Shown: positions 44,528 through 54,106 of the stretch, piece by piece
Position numbering within the stretch: position 1 is the first letter of the stretch
Layout of the letters: the number at the start of each line of letters is the position of its first letter
NCBI GenBank assembly: GCA_017412505.1
Contig: JAFPXN010000044.1
Coordinates: forward strand, 3,619 to 67,618
Direction of reading: 5' to 3'
Source of the DNA: Bacillota bacterium
Lineage (GTDB): Bacteria; Bacillota; Clostridia; Peptostreptococcales; Anaerovoracaceae
Length of the DNA stretch: 64,000 nucleotides
The notes under the pieces: generated by a model
What the model saw: the letters and a program-made list of their open reading frames with translations, nothing else
What the model was told of the DNA's origin: nothing
Databases searched by the model: none
Made by a program: the position numbers and the translations under genes

Positions 44528-45121
44528 TTGAACCTGAAAGAAACGAACGTGATCCTGGCATCCGGCTCGCCCCGCCGCATCGACATGCTGCGGGCGGACG
44601 GCATCGAGCCGCTGATCGTCAAACCGGACTGCGAAGAAAAGATCCATATCGCGCTCAGCCCTGCGCAGGAGGTGATGGCGCTGGCGCTGCGCAAGAATCT
44701 GCGCGCGGCGGAGATGCTGGCGGAGCAGGGCAAACTGCCTGCGGAGGGCGTCATCCTGTCCGCCGACACCATGGTCGTATTGGACGGCGTCCCCATCGGA
44801 AAGCCGGCGGATGAAGCGGACGCGTTCCGCATCCTCAGCAGCCTGAACGGGAAGAAACACACTGTCTGCAGCGGCGCCTGCCTCTGCGACCTGTCGACCG
44901 GCCGCAGACTGCTGTTTTCCGAGGCGACGGACGTGTATTTCATGGAATATACCGACGAAGAGATCCGCGCGTATATCGCGACGGGAGAACCCATGGACAA
45001 GGCGGGCGCTTATGCGATCCAGGGCGGATTCGCCCCTTACGTGACCCGTACGGAAGGCACGATGGACAACGTGATCGGCTTTCCCTACGAAACGATCCGG
45101 CGCATCGTTGCCCTGTGGTAA
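44528..45121 (+). CDS. maf: Maf-like nucleoside-triphosphate pyrophosphatase; inferred TTG start
   Basis: VILASGSPRRIDML.., SADTMVVLDG, KAGAYAIQG. TTG 44528 is preceded by AAGGAGAG. The ATG-less upstream part of ORF 44108 overlaps the MBL gene. Confidence 0.85.
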   Translation: MNLKETNVILASGSPRRIDMLRADGIEPLIVKPDCEEKIHIALSPAQEVMALALRKNLRAAEMLAEQGKLPAEGVILSADTMVVLDGVPIGKPADEADAFRILSSLNGKKHTVCSGACLCDLSTGRRLLFSEATDVYFMEYTDEEIRAYIATGEPMDKAGAYAIQGGFAPYVTRTEGTMDNVIGFPYETIRRIVALW

Positions 45122-45163
45122 AATGGTAATATATGGAAATTATTCGCAATCTGTGATATACTG

Positions 45164-45190
45164 AACTCCGGCCGGGAGCCGGAGTTTTTT
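45164..45190 (+). terminator. Intrinsic terminator after maf, abutting the radC start
   Basis: AACUCCGGC-CGGGA-GCCGGAGUU followed by UUUU. Confidence 0.65.
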
Positions 45191-45910
45191 ATGACAGAAC
45201 AATACAAGAAGAACCCGTACAGATCGGCGATGCCGCTCGTCCGGGAGATGCCCGCGTCGGAGCGTCCGAGAGAAAAGATGCTGGCGCAGGGAGCCGCGGC
45301 GCTTTCGAACACGGAGCTTCTGGCGGTCCTGATCGCGTCCGGGTCCGGCAAGGACAGCGCCGTGTCGCTGGCCGCCAAGGTTTTGGCGGCGGAAGAGGGC
45401 AGCCTGGCCGCGCTGTCCGTCAGCCAGCCTGAGGACTTCATGCGAATCCCCGGGATCGGCACCGCGAAAGCCTGCGTGCTCACCGCCGCGCTGGAACTGG
45501 GCCGCCGGGCGGCCACCATGCCCGCGTCCCAAAAGATCGCGGTCGCGTCGCCGCAGGACGCGGCGGATCTGTTCATGGGTCAGCTGCGCTATTTGAAAAA
45601 GGAGGTCATGGAAGTCGCTCTTTTAAACGTAAAGAGCGAACTGATCATGAAAGAACGGATCTCCACCGGCGGGCTGAACAGCGCCGTGACCCAGCCCCGA
45701 GAGGTGTTCGCCAACGCGATCCGCAAGGGTGCCTGCGGCGTGATCCTGGCGCACAACCACCCCAGCGGCGATCCGGAACCGTCCGGGCAGGACGTGGCTA
45801 TTACGAAACAGCTCGTCAAAGCCGGAAAGATCCTCGGGATCAGCGTCGTCGACCACATCGTGATCGGCGACGGCCGCTACGTCAGTTTCGCGGACAGGAA
45901 ACTGCTGTAA
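45191..45910 (+). CDS. radC: RadC-family JAMM-domain protein
   Basis: ERPREKM..LSNTELLAVLI, HhH GIGTAKA, and the JAMM motif ILAHNHPSGDPEPSGQD. Confidence 0.9.
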   Translation: MTEQYKKNPYRSAMPLVREMPASERPREKMLAQGAAALSNTELLAVLIASGSGKDSAVSLAAKVLAAEEGSLAALSVSQPEDFMRIPGIGTAKACVLTAALELGRRAATMPASQKIAVASPQDAADLFMGQLRYLKKEVMEVALLNVKSELIMKERISTGGLNSAVTQPREVFANAIRKGACGVILAHNHPSGDPEPSGQDVAITKQLVKAGKILGISVVDHIVIGDGRYVSFADRKLL

Positions 45911-46005
45911 AAAATATTTTCGCGATTTCTGCTTTTTTATCCCAAAATCCCCCTTGCCGATGGTAAAATTATCTTGTAAAATAGCCTGCGTTTGAAAGGA
46001 CAGAA

Positions 46006-46722
46006 ATGGGCATTACAGCACTGGTCACCTCCGGCAAGGGAGGCGCGGGAAAAACCACGATAACGGTCAATTTAGGAGCAACTCTGGCGCAGAAGGGCGC
46101 AAGAGTCGTTTTGGTTGACTTCAATATGGGCCTGCGCAACCTGGATATTTACCTGGGGATGGAGGACTGCAGCCTGTTCGACCTGGGAGACGTCCTGACC
46201 GGCGTCTGCAAGGTCGAGAAAGCCCTGGTGCACGACGAACGCTTCGGACGTCTGTACATGCTGCCCTGTCCGCAGTTCAAGGAGATCAACGGGATCACGG
46301 CGCAGCACGTGGCGGGTCTGTTCGGCGTGCTGAAGAACAAGTTCGATTACGTGCTGGTCGATATGCCTCTGGGCGTCGGCCAGATGATGGAGAACGCCGC
46401 GTCCGCGGCGGATCTGGGCATCGTCGTGGTCACGCCGGACTACGTATCCCTGCGCAACGCGGACACCGTGGACCGCAAACTGGACGTCTGCGGCCTGCAG
46501 AAGCGCTGCTTCATCATCAACCAGGTCGACCTGGAGATCCTGCGGAGCGGCAGCGTTCCGGGCATCGAACACATCGCCCGCAACATGAGCACGCCGCTGG
46601 CGGGCATCATCCCCTACGACGAGAACATCCACGCGGGCAACAACATGGGCAGCCCCGTCGTTCTGGCCGCCGATTCCTATATCGCAAAGAATTTCAGCAG
46701 CATCGCGCTGCGCGTTTTCTGA
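46006..46722 (+). CDS. MinD/ParA-family P-loop ATPase (MinD-like, 238 aa)
   Basis: The deviant Walker A TSGKGGAGKTT, and VLVDFNMGLRNLDIYLG and VLVDMPLG. Confidence 0.75.
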   Translation: MGITALVTSGKGGAGKTTITVNLGATLAQKGARVVLVDFNMGLRNLDIYLGMEDCSLFDLGDVLTGVCKVEKALVHDERFGRLYMLPCPQFKEINGITAQHVAGLFGVLKNKFDYVLVDMPLGVGQMMENAASAADLGIVVVTPDYVSLRNADTVDRKLDVCGLQKRCFIINQVDLEILRSGSVPGIEHIARNMSTPLAGIIPYDENIHAGNNMGSPVVLAADSYIAKNFSSIALRVF

Positions 46723-46732
46723 TCGAAAAGAC

Positions 46733-46767
46733 GAAGCCCTCCGGCAACGCAGCCGGAGGGCTTTTTT
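46733..46767. terminator. Bidirectional terminator between the minD-like gene (+) and selD (-)
   Basis: GAAGCCCUCCGGC-AACGCA-GCCGGAGGGCUUU flanked by an A-run and a T-run. Confidence 0.75.
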
Positions 46768-46778
46768 CATGCAGTTCG

Positions 46779-47819
46779 TTATTTCAGGAAAATGCGCTTT
46801 CCGCCCTGATAGGCGCGGACCGTTCCGATCCTCTGCGCGCTCAGCACCTGTCCCCGCAGCATGGCAAGGCATGATTCTGCGTCCTCGGGCGCCACGGCCG
46901 CCAGCAGGCCGCCGGACGTCTGTGGGTCGAACAGCGCGTCACAGACGGCTGTCTGTACGGTTCCCGCGTCCACCTGCGCTTCGCAGTGGTCGCGGTTGCG
47001 GTACATGCCTTCCGCCAGGATGCCCATGCGGGCGAATTCCAGGGCGGCGGGAAGGATCTCGACCGCCTGCGTATCCACGACGGCTTCGCAGTCCGTGCCG
47101 TCCACCATCTCGAACAGGTGACCCATCAGGCCGAACCCGGTCACGTCGGTGCAGGCGTGCATGGTGTGCCGTACGAAGACGTCGCGGGCCTTTTTGTTCA
47201 GCTCCGTCATGATGCGGATCATGGCTTTCTGATCGTCTTCCGACAGCAGACCGGCCTTGGCAGCCGTCGTCAGGATGCCGGTGCCCAGAGGCTTCGTGAG
47301 GATCAACACGTCGCCCGGCTTCGCGCCGCAGTTGCGGTAGAACCGGTCCGGATGGACGTAGCCGGTGACGGAAAGCCCGTATTTCGGCTCCTCGTCCAGG
47401 ATGGTATGGCCGCCCGCTACGACGGCGCCGGCCTCGTAGACTTTATCGTAGCCGCCGCGCAGGATTTCCCGGATGATCTCTTTGGAGAATCCGCGGGGCA
47501 CGCCCATGACGTTCAGGCAGGTCTTCGGTTCGCCGCCCATGGCGTAGACGTCGGAAAGGGCGTTGGCCGCGGCCACCTGGCCGAACGTGTAGGGGTCATC
47601 GACGACGGGAGGGAAGAAATCCACCGTCTGTACGAGCGCCAGTTCGTCGTTCACTTTGTAGACGCAGGCGTCGTCGCTCTTATCGAATCCGACGAGAAGG
47701 GCGGGATCGCTCTGCATGGAAATACCGTCTAACACTTCAGCAAGAACTCCTGCTCCCAGCTTCGCCCCTCATCCGGCGCAGCCTGCAAGGTCCGTCAGTC
47801 TGATATCCTTTGCAGTCAT
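46779..47819 (-). CDS. selD: Selenide, water dikinase (selenophosphate synthetase) with in-frame UGA = Sec at codon 17
   Basis: The ORF-track fragment 46779-47735 (…LLVGFDKSDDACVYKV…DFFPPVVDDPYTFGQVAAANALSDVYAMGG) lacks the N-terminus. The same frame continues upstream through TGA (47769-47771) to ATG 47819, which is preceded by GGAAAGGAGG. This gives MTAKDIRLTDLAGCAG-U-GAKLGAGVLAEVL, which aligns with E. coli IRLTQYSHGAGC(17)GCK(20). Confidence 0.85.
47739..47771 (-). other. UGA(Sec) codon plus SECIS-like hairpin
   Basis: On the minus strand: UGA GGGGCGAAGCUGGG then AGCAGG-AGUU-CUUGCU. This is a 6-bp stem with one G.U and a tetraloop, starting 14 nt after the UGA. Confidence 0.5.
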
Positions 47820-48062
47820 GAGCGGATCACCTCCTTTCCGTCGTATTTCTCAATGCTTTTCACAAAATAAGTATATATCGCACCCTTGATTTTGTGCAAG
47901 TCCAACTGTTTTTTGTAAAGAAATACACAACATTTGCTTTACAATTGACTGCATAAATTGTACAATATATTGGTATATTTTTTTGATTTTCTAACTGCGA
48001 AACGACAGTTTTTATCATACAGTCAGAAAATTAAACACTATTTAACGCAGAGGAGGCGCAGA

Positions 48063-49598
48063 ATGCTTGTCAAAGCACTGATTGCAATCGCCTTTCTCGC
48101 GATCGGAATACTTGTAGGTTACATCGTCCGCAAGAATACGGCAGAAAAGGTCATCGGCAGCGCCGAAACACAGGCCAAGAACCTGATTCTTGACGCGGAA
48201 AACCGCTCCGAAGCCATCCGCAAAGAGACGCTGGCAGACGCCAGAGCGGAGGCTCACTCCATAAAGCAAGATGCGGAAAGAGATATTCGCGAACGCAGAG
48301 AAGAGGTAAAGAAGACAGAGAGAAGACTGGTCCAGAAGGAAGAATCCTTAGACCGCAAGATCGAAAACATCGAACAGAAAGAAGAGAGCATCTCCAAAAA
48401 GCAGAGAGCCCTCGCTGAAAAAGAGAAGGAACTGGACGGCTTCATCGAACGCCAGGTCGCGGAACTGGAGCGCATCTCCGGCTGCACGGCGGAAGAGGCC
48501 AAGGCACAGCTCCTGGAAACGATCGAGAAGGACGTCCGCAGAGACGCTTCCATCATGATCAAGGACATCGAGTCCAAGGCGAAGGAAGAAGCGGACCGCA
48601 AGGCGAAAGAGATCATCACCGGCGCCATCCAGCGCTGCGCAGCGGATCACGTGGCGGAGACCACCGTTTCCGTCGTGCCCCTGCCCAACGATGAGATGAA
48701 GGGCCGCATCATCGGCCGCGAAGGCCGCAACATCCGTGCCATCGAGACCGCGACCGGCGTGGACCTCATCATCGACGATACGCCCGAGGCCGTCATCCTG
48801 TCCGGATTCGACCCCGTCAGAAGAGAAATCGCCAGAGTTGCTCTGGAGAAACTCATCGTCGACGGACGCATCCATCCGGCCCGCATCGAAGAAATGGTGG
48901 AAAAGGCTGAGAAGGAGGTCAACACGATCATCAAGGAAGAGGGCGAGGCTGCCACGTTCGAGATGGGCATCCACAACCTGCATCCCGAACTGGTCAAACT
49001 GCTGGGTAGACTGAAGTACCGCACCAGCTACGGCCAGAACGTGCTGAAGCACTCCCTGGAAGTCGCTCACCTGGCCGGCCTGATGGCAGGCGAACTGGGC
49101 ATGGACATCAAGCTGGCCCAGAGAGCGGGTCTGCTGCACGATATCGGCAAGGCGCTGGACCACGAGATCCAGGGCACCCACGTGGATATCGGCATCGACG
49201 TCTTAAGAAAGTATAAGGAATCCGAGGCGGTCATCGACGCGATGGCGGCTCACCACGGAGATTACGAACCCAAGAGCGCGGAGGCCGTTCTGGTCGCCGC
49301 CGCAGACGCGCTGTCCGCAGCCCGTCCCGGCGCTCGCCGCGAAACGCTCGACACCTACGTCAAGCGGCTGCAGAAGCTGGAAGAGATCGCGAACACGACG
49401 CCCGGCGTCGAAAAGTCCTTTGCGATCCAGGCCGGCCGCGAGATCCGCATCATCGCAAGACCGGACGAAGTATCCGACGACGCGATGGCGCTGCTGGCGA
49501 GAGAGATCTCCCAGAAGATCGAGAGCGAACTGGAATATCCGGGTCAGATCAAGGTGAACGTCATCCGGGAGACCAGAGCCATAGACTACGCAAAATAA
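48063..49598 (+). CDS. rny: Ribonuclease Y
   Basis: N-terminal TM anchor, a coiled-coil, a KH domain ([13 protein letters not shown]) and an HD domain ([18 protein letters not shown]). ATG 48063 follows GAGGAGG. Confidence 0.9.
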   Translation: MLVKALIAIAFLAIGILVGYIVRKNTAEKVIGSAETQAKNLILDAENRSEAIRKETLADARAEAHSIKQDAERDIRERREEVKKTERRLVQKEESLDRKIENIEQKEESISKKQRALAEKEKELDGFIERQVAELERISGCTAEEAKAQLLETIEKDVRRDASIMIKDIESKAKEEADRKAKEIITGAIQRCAADHVAETTVSVVPLPNDEMKGRIIGREGRNIRAIETATGVDLIIDDTPEAVILSGFDPVRREIARVALEKLIVDGRIHPARIEEMVEKAEKEVNTIIKEEGEAATFEMGIHNLHPELVKLLGRLKYRTSYGQNVLKHSLEVAHLAGLMAGELGMDIKLAQRAGLLHDIGKALDHEIQGTHVDIGIDVLRKYKESEAVIDAMAAHHGDYEPKSAEAVLVAAADALSAARPGARRETLDTYVKRLQKLEEIANTTPGVEKSFAIQAGREIRIIARPDEVSDDAMALLAREISQKIESELEYPGQIKVNVIRETRAIDYAK

Positions 49599-49610
49599 AG
49601 CAGGAGAAGC

Positions 49611-50768
49611 ATGTTTGTATATTTAGACAACAGCGCTACTACCCAGGTGCGGCCCGAGGTCGCGCAAATCATGGCAAAGACAATGACGGAGGATTTTGGA
49701 AATCCTTCGTCTTTGCATAGAATGGGTGTGAACGCGGAAAAGATCCTGAAGAAAGCCCGCGCCCAGGTAGCCGGCGCCCTGAACGCTTCGCCCGAGGAAG
49801 TGTTCTTCACGTCCTGCGGCACGGAAAGCGACGCCACGGTGCTGCGGGGCGTCTGGGAAAGCCGCAAAAAGCAGGGCAGACGCATCATTACGACGGCGGT
49901 GGAGCATCCGGCCATCCTGCGCAGCTGCGAAGCGCTCGCAAGAGAGGGTGCAGACGTAATTTATCTTCCGGTAAACCATGACTGCACGTTCGATATGGAT
50001 GCGTTGCGCGCCGCGCTGACCCCGGATACCATCCTCGTCTCCGTCATGCACGTGAACAACGAGGCCGGAAGCATCATGCCGCTGGCGGACATCCGCCGGG
50101 AGATCGATCAAGTGAACCGGGGCATCCTGTTCCACACGGACGCGGTCCAGTCCTTCGAGAAACTGGATACGGACGTCCATAAGCTGGGCGTGGACATGCT
50201 CAGCCTGTCGGGTCACAAGATCCACGCCTGCAAGGGCATCGGCGCGCTGTACGTAAAGAAAGGCCTGCACATCCAGCCCTTTATGCTGGGCGGAGGCCAG
50301 GAGAACGGGTTCCGTTCCGGTACGGAGAACCTGCCCGCCATCGCGGGCCTGGGCGAAGCCGTGCGGCTGGCGGAGGAAAACAAGCGGGACCGCGTCGCGC
50401 AGATCATGGACGTCAGAAACTACCTGAAGCAGCTGCTGGCGGACAATATCGAAGACGTCACGGTGAATTCGCCGGAAGACGGCGTGTGCTCCGTGCTGAA
50501 CGTCAGTTTCCTCGGCTGCCGCGGCGAAGTGCTGCTGCACACGCTGGAACAGGATGAGATCTATGTTTCCACGGGTTCCGCGTGCTCATCCCATAAGAAG
50601 GGAAGCCACGTGCTGACCGCCATGGGCCTGTCCCCGGAACAGATCGAAGGTGCGATCCGCTTCTCGTTCTGCGAGGATAATACGAGAGAACAGATGGATT
50701 ACGTCTGCGAAAAGCTGAAGGCGGCCGTCAGCAGCCAGAGACGGCTGAGAAAGGCGTTTAAGAAATAA
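49611..50768 (+). CDS. nifS: Cysteine desulfurase, NifS/IscS class
   Basis: YLDNSATT, SGHKIHACKGIGALY (PLP lysine) and STGSACSS (active-site Cys loop). Confidence 0.85.
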   Translation: MFVYLDNSATTQVRPEVAQIMAKTMTEDFGNPSSLHRMGVNAEKILKKARAQVAGALNASPEEVFFTSCGTESDATVLRGVWESRKKQGRRIITTAVEHPAILRSCEALAREGADVIYLPVNHDCTFDMDALRAALTPDTILVSVMHVNNEAGSIMPLADIRREIDQVNRGILFHTDAVQSFEKLDTDVHKLGVDMLSLSGHKIHACKGIGALYVKKGLHIQPFMLGGGQENGFRSGTENLPAIAGLGEAVRLAEENKRDRVAQIMDVRNYLKQLLADNIEDVTVNSPEDGVCSVLNVSFLGCRGEVLLHTLEQDEIYVSTGSACSSHKKGSHVLTAMGLSPEQIEGAIRFSFCEDNTREQMDYVCEKLKAAVSSQRRLRKAFKK

Positions 50769-51976
50769 TGGAAAACATCTATATCGTCCGCTGCGGCGAA
50801 AGCGCGCTGAAGGGCAAGAACAAACCTTATTTCGAGCGCATGCTCGTGCAGAGGATCAAAAAGAATCTGAAGGAATTCGACGGGACCGCCGTGGAAAGAG
50901 TCGACGGGCTCATCTTCGTGCGTACGCCGGAAACCGTGCCCGCGGACGGCGTGCTGAAGAAGGTCGGCCGTGTATTCGGCGTGGATTCCGTCAGCCCCGC
51001 CGTGGAAGTCTGCATCGAAGGCATGGACGCGGAGACCGCCCTGAACGCCATCGGCCAGGAAGCCGTCGCGTTCATGATGCGCCAGATCGAAGAGAAGGGC
51101 ATCCGGACGTTCAAGGTCGACGCGAAGCGCGCGGACAAGACGTTCGCCATCCAGTCTCCGGACATCGGTAAACGCATCGGCGCCCGCGTTCTGAAGGGCT
51201 GCAAGGTGCTGAAAGTGAACGTCCACGAGCCGGACTACCACCTGTATATCAACGTGCGCAGAAACCTCGCGTACCTTTACGATAAAAAGGTCTCCGGCTA
51301 CGGCGGCCTGCCGCTCGGCACGAACGGACGGGGCATGGTGCTGCTGTCCGGCGGCATCGATTCGCCGGTGGCAGCGTTTCTGATGGCGCACCGGGGCATG
51401 TACGTGGAAGCGGTGCATTTCCACTCCTATCCGTACACGTCGGAGCGCGCGTTCGAAAAAGTCAAAGATCTGGCGGGCATCCTGACGGATTACTGCGGAC
51501 GCATCCGCATGTTCTCCGTCAACCTGCTGCCCATCCAGGAACAGATCGTGCAGAATTGTCCCGAAGAGGAAACGACGATCCTGGTCCGCCGCTTCATGAT
51601 GCGCATCGCGGAAGCGATCGCAAAGAGAGAAGGGGACCTGATGCTCATCACCGGCGAGAGCCTGGGCCAGGTCGCCAGCCAGACGGCGGCTTCCCTCGTG
51701 GTCACCGACGCCTCCGTCAGCCTGCCCGTGATGCGGCCGCTCATCGCCATGGACAAGACGCAGATCATGGACATCGCACGCGATATCGGCACGTTCGAGA
51801 CGTCCATCCTGCCGTACGAGGACTGCTGCACCGTCTTTCTGCCCAAGCATCCCGTCACCCAGCCGAAACTGGAGCGGATCGAGCAGTCGGAATCGCGCCT
51901 CGAAGTGGAAAAATTAGTGCAGGCAGCGGTAGATTCCGCAGAATTGACAATTATTTCGCAAAGGGACGGGATTTAA
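50768..51976 (+). CDS. thiI: tRNA 4-thiouridine(8) synthase ThiI
   Basis: A THUMP region followed by the PP-loop LLSGGIDSPVAA. The start overlaps the nifS stop (TAATG). Confidence 0.85.
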   Translation: MENIYIVRCGESALKGKNKPYFERMLVQRIKKNLKEFDGTAVERVDGLIFVRTPETVPADGVLKKVGRVFGVDSVSPAVEVCIEGMDAETALNAIGQEAVAFMMRQIEEKGIRTFKVDAKRADKTFAIQSPDIGKRIGARVLKGCKVLKVNVHEPDYHLYINVRRNLAYLYDKKVSGYGGLPLGTNGRGMVLLSGGIDSPVAAFLMAHRGMYVEAVHFHSYPYTSERAFEKVKDLAGILTDYCGRIRMFSVNLLPIQEQIVQNCPEEETTILVRRFMMRIAEAIAKREGDLMLITGESLGQVASQTAASLVVTDASVSLPVMRPLIAMDKTQIMDIARDIGTFETSILPYEDCCTVFLPKHPVTQPKLERIEQSESRLEVEKLVQAAVDSAELTIISQRDGI

Positions 51977-52124
51977 GCGTCTAACCCCTTGCAAAGTTTG
52001 TTAAAATATTGTTTAATAAATATTGGTGGCAACGCGCCTTCAAGAGAAGGGGCGCTGTCTTCCACGCTGTTATTTTTAGGACATAGTTAATATGGCCCTG
52101 TAGAAAATATAAGGAGGCAAAAGA

Positions 52125-53264
52125 ATGAACTTTCAATTATCGAAAGAGCAAGAGAAAGTAAGAGAACTGGTAAGGAAGTTTGCCCTTGCCGAAGTCGAAC
52201 CCATCGCTGCTGACATCGATAAGGAACACAGATTCCCCAAGGAAAATGTCGAAAAGATGGCTAAGCTCGGTATGATGGGCATTCCGTTCCCCGCTGAATA
52301 CGGCGGCGCCGGCTCCGACCATATCTCTTATGCGATCACTGTGGAAGAACTCGCCAGAGTCTGCGCATCCACTGCTGTTATCGTCTCTGCTCACACTTCC
52401 CTGTGCTGCTGGCCGATCTTCAACTACGGCACTGACGAGCAGAAGGCAAAGTACCTGCCCGACCTGCTCTCCGGCAAGAAGCTCGGCGCTTTCGGTCTGA
52501 CCGAACCCAACGCGGGTACCGACGCATCCGGACAGCAGACCAAGGCTGTCGACATGGGCGACCACTGGCTCCTGAACGGCGCTAAGGTCTTCATCACCAA
52601 CGGCGGCTATGCAGACACGTTCGTCGTCTTCGCGATGACCGACAAGAGCAAGGGCAACCACGGTATTACCGCTTTCATCGTCGAGAAGGGCTTCCCCGGA
52701 TTCTCCATCGGCAAGACCGAGGATAAGCTGGGCATCCACGCTTCTTCCACCACCGAACTTATCTTCGAAGACTGCATCGTTCCCAAGGAAAACCTGCTGG
52801 GCGAAGTCGGTCAGGGCTTCAAGATCGCCATGTCCACGCTGGACGGCGGCCGTATCGGTATCGCTTCCCAGGCTCTGGGTATCGCGCAGGGCGCTCTGGA
52901 CGTCACCGTCGACTACATGAAGTCCAGAAAGCAGTTCGGCAAGTCCCTGAACAAGTTCCAGGCTCTGGCTTTCGAAGTTGCTGAAATGAAGACCCGCATC
53001 GAAGCTGCTAGACTCCTCGTCTACAGCGCAGCCTTCAAGAAGGACCAGCATATGCCGTACTCCGTAGACGCTGCGATGGCTAAGTACTATGCCGCTGAGA
53101 CCGCTATGTACGTCACCACCAAGGCAGTCCAGCTCCACGGCGGTTATGGTTACACCACCGATTACCCCGTAGAGCGCATGATGAGAGACGCAAAGATCAC
53201 GGAGATCTACGAAGGAACCACCGAAGTTCAGAAGATGGTCATCTCCGGCGCTGTGTTCAAGTAG
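52125..53264 (+). CDS. bcd: Acyl-CoA dehydrogenase, butyryl-CoA dehydrogenase-like
   Basis: GAFGLTEPNAGTDA, QLHGGYGYTTDYPVERMMRDAKITEIYEGTTEVQ, with etfB-etfA immediately downstream. Confidence 0.8.
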   Translation: MNFQLSKEQEKVRELVRKFALAEVEPIAADIDKEHRFPKENVEKMAKLGMMGIPFPAEYGGAGSDHISYAITVEELARVCASTAVIVSAHTSLCCWPIFNYGTDEQKAKYLPDLLSGKKLGAFGLTEPNAGTDASGQQTKAVDMGDHWLLNGAKVFITNGGYADTFVVFAMTDKSKGNHGITAFIVEKGFPGFSIGKTEDKLGIHASSTTELIFEDCIVPKENLLGEVGQGFKIAMSTLDGGRIGIASQALGIAQGALDVTVDYMKSRKQFGKSLNKFQALAFEVAEMKTRIEAARLLVYSAAFKKDQHMPYSVDAAMAKYYAAETAMYVTTKAVQLHGGYGYTTDYPVERMMRDAKITEIYEGTTEVQKMVISGAVFK

Positions 53265-53284
53265 GCTAAAGGAGGAAAAGAACT

Positions 53285-54085
53285 ATGAGAATTATCGTTT
53301 GCGCAAAGCAAGTACCCGATACCAGCGAAGTTAAGATCGACCCGAAGACCAACCGTATCATCCGTGACGGCGTGCCCAGCATTCTGAACCCGGACGATGC
53401 CAACGCTCTCGAAGAAGCTCTGCTGCTGAAGGATAAGGATCCCAACGTCACCGTTACGGTCGTTTCCATGGGACCGCCCCAGGCAAAGGACATGCTGATC
53501 GAATGCCTCGCAATGGGCGCAGATGAATGCTATCTGCTGTCCGACAGAGCCGTAGGCGGCTCCGACACATGGGCAACCTCCAACGCCATCACCGCGCTCA
53601 TCGAAAAGATCGGTCCCTTCGACATGATCTTCGCAGGCAGACAGGCCATCGACGGCGACACCGCCCAGGTCGGTCCGCAGATCGCGGAAAAGATGCACCT
53701 GCCCCAGGTCACTTACGTTCAGAAGTTCGAGATCTCCGAAGACTATAAGAAGGTCACCGTTCAGAGACAGCTCGAAGACGGCTATGAGATCATCGAAGTC
53801 GCCACTCCCTGCATGCTCACCTGCATCAAGGAACTGAACAACCCTAGATACATGACCGTCAGCGGCATCGTCAAGGCCTGCAAGCCCGACGCTCCCATCT
53901 ATGTGAAGAGCGCCAAGGATGTCGAGTGCGACCTCTCCAAGGTAGGCCTCGAGGCTTCCCCGACCGTCGTATTCCGTTCCTTCACGCCGGCTCCCAAGGC
54001 TCCCGGCCAGATCATCAAGGGCGAGGACGAGCGCGAGCTCTCCAAGAACCTGCTGGCTAAGCTGAAGGAAAAGCACGCGATCTGA
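53285..54085 (+). CDS. etfB: Electron transfer flavoprotein beta subunit
   Basis: MRIIVCAKQVPDTSEVKIDPKTN..., VSMGPPQA and FAGRQAIDGDTAQVGPQIAE. Confidence 0.9.
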   Translation: MRIIVCAKQVPDTSEVKIDPKTNRIIRDGVPSILNPDDANALEEALLLKDKDPNVTVTVVSMGPPQAKDMLIECLAMGADECYLLSDRAVGGSDTWATSNAITALIEKIGPFDMIFAGRQAIDGDTAQVGPQIAEKMHLPQVTYVQKFEISEDYKKVTVQRQLEDGYEIIEVATPCMLTCIKELNNPRYMTVSGIVKACKPDAPIYVKSAKDVECDLSKVGLEASPTVVFRSFTPAPKAPGQIIKGEDERELSKNLLAKLKEKHAI

Positions 54086-54106
54086 TGGTAGAAGGAGGAT
54101 ACTAAA

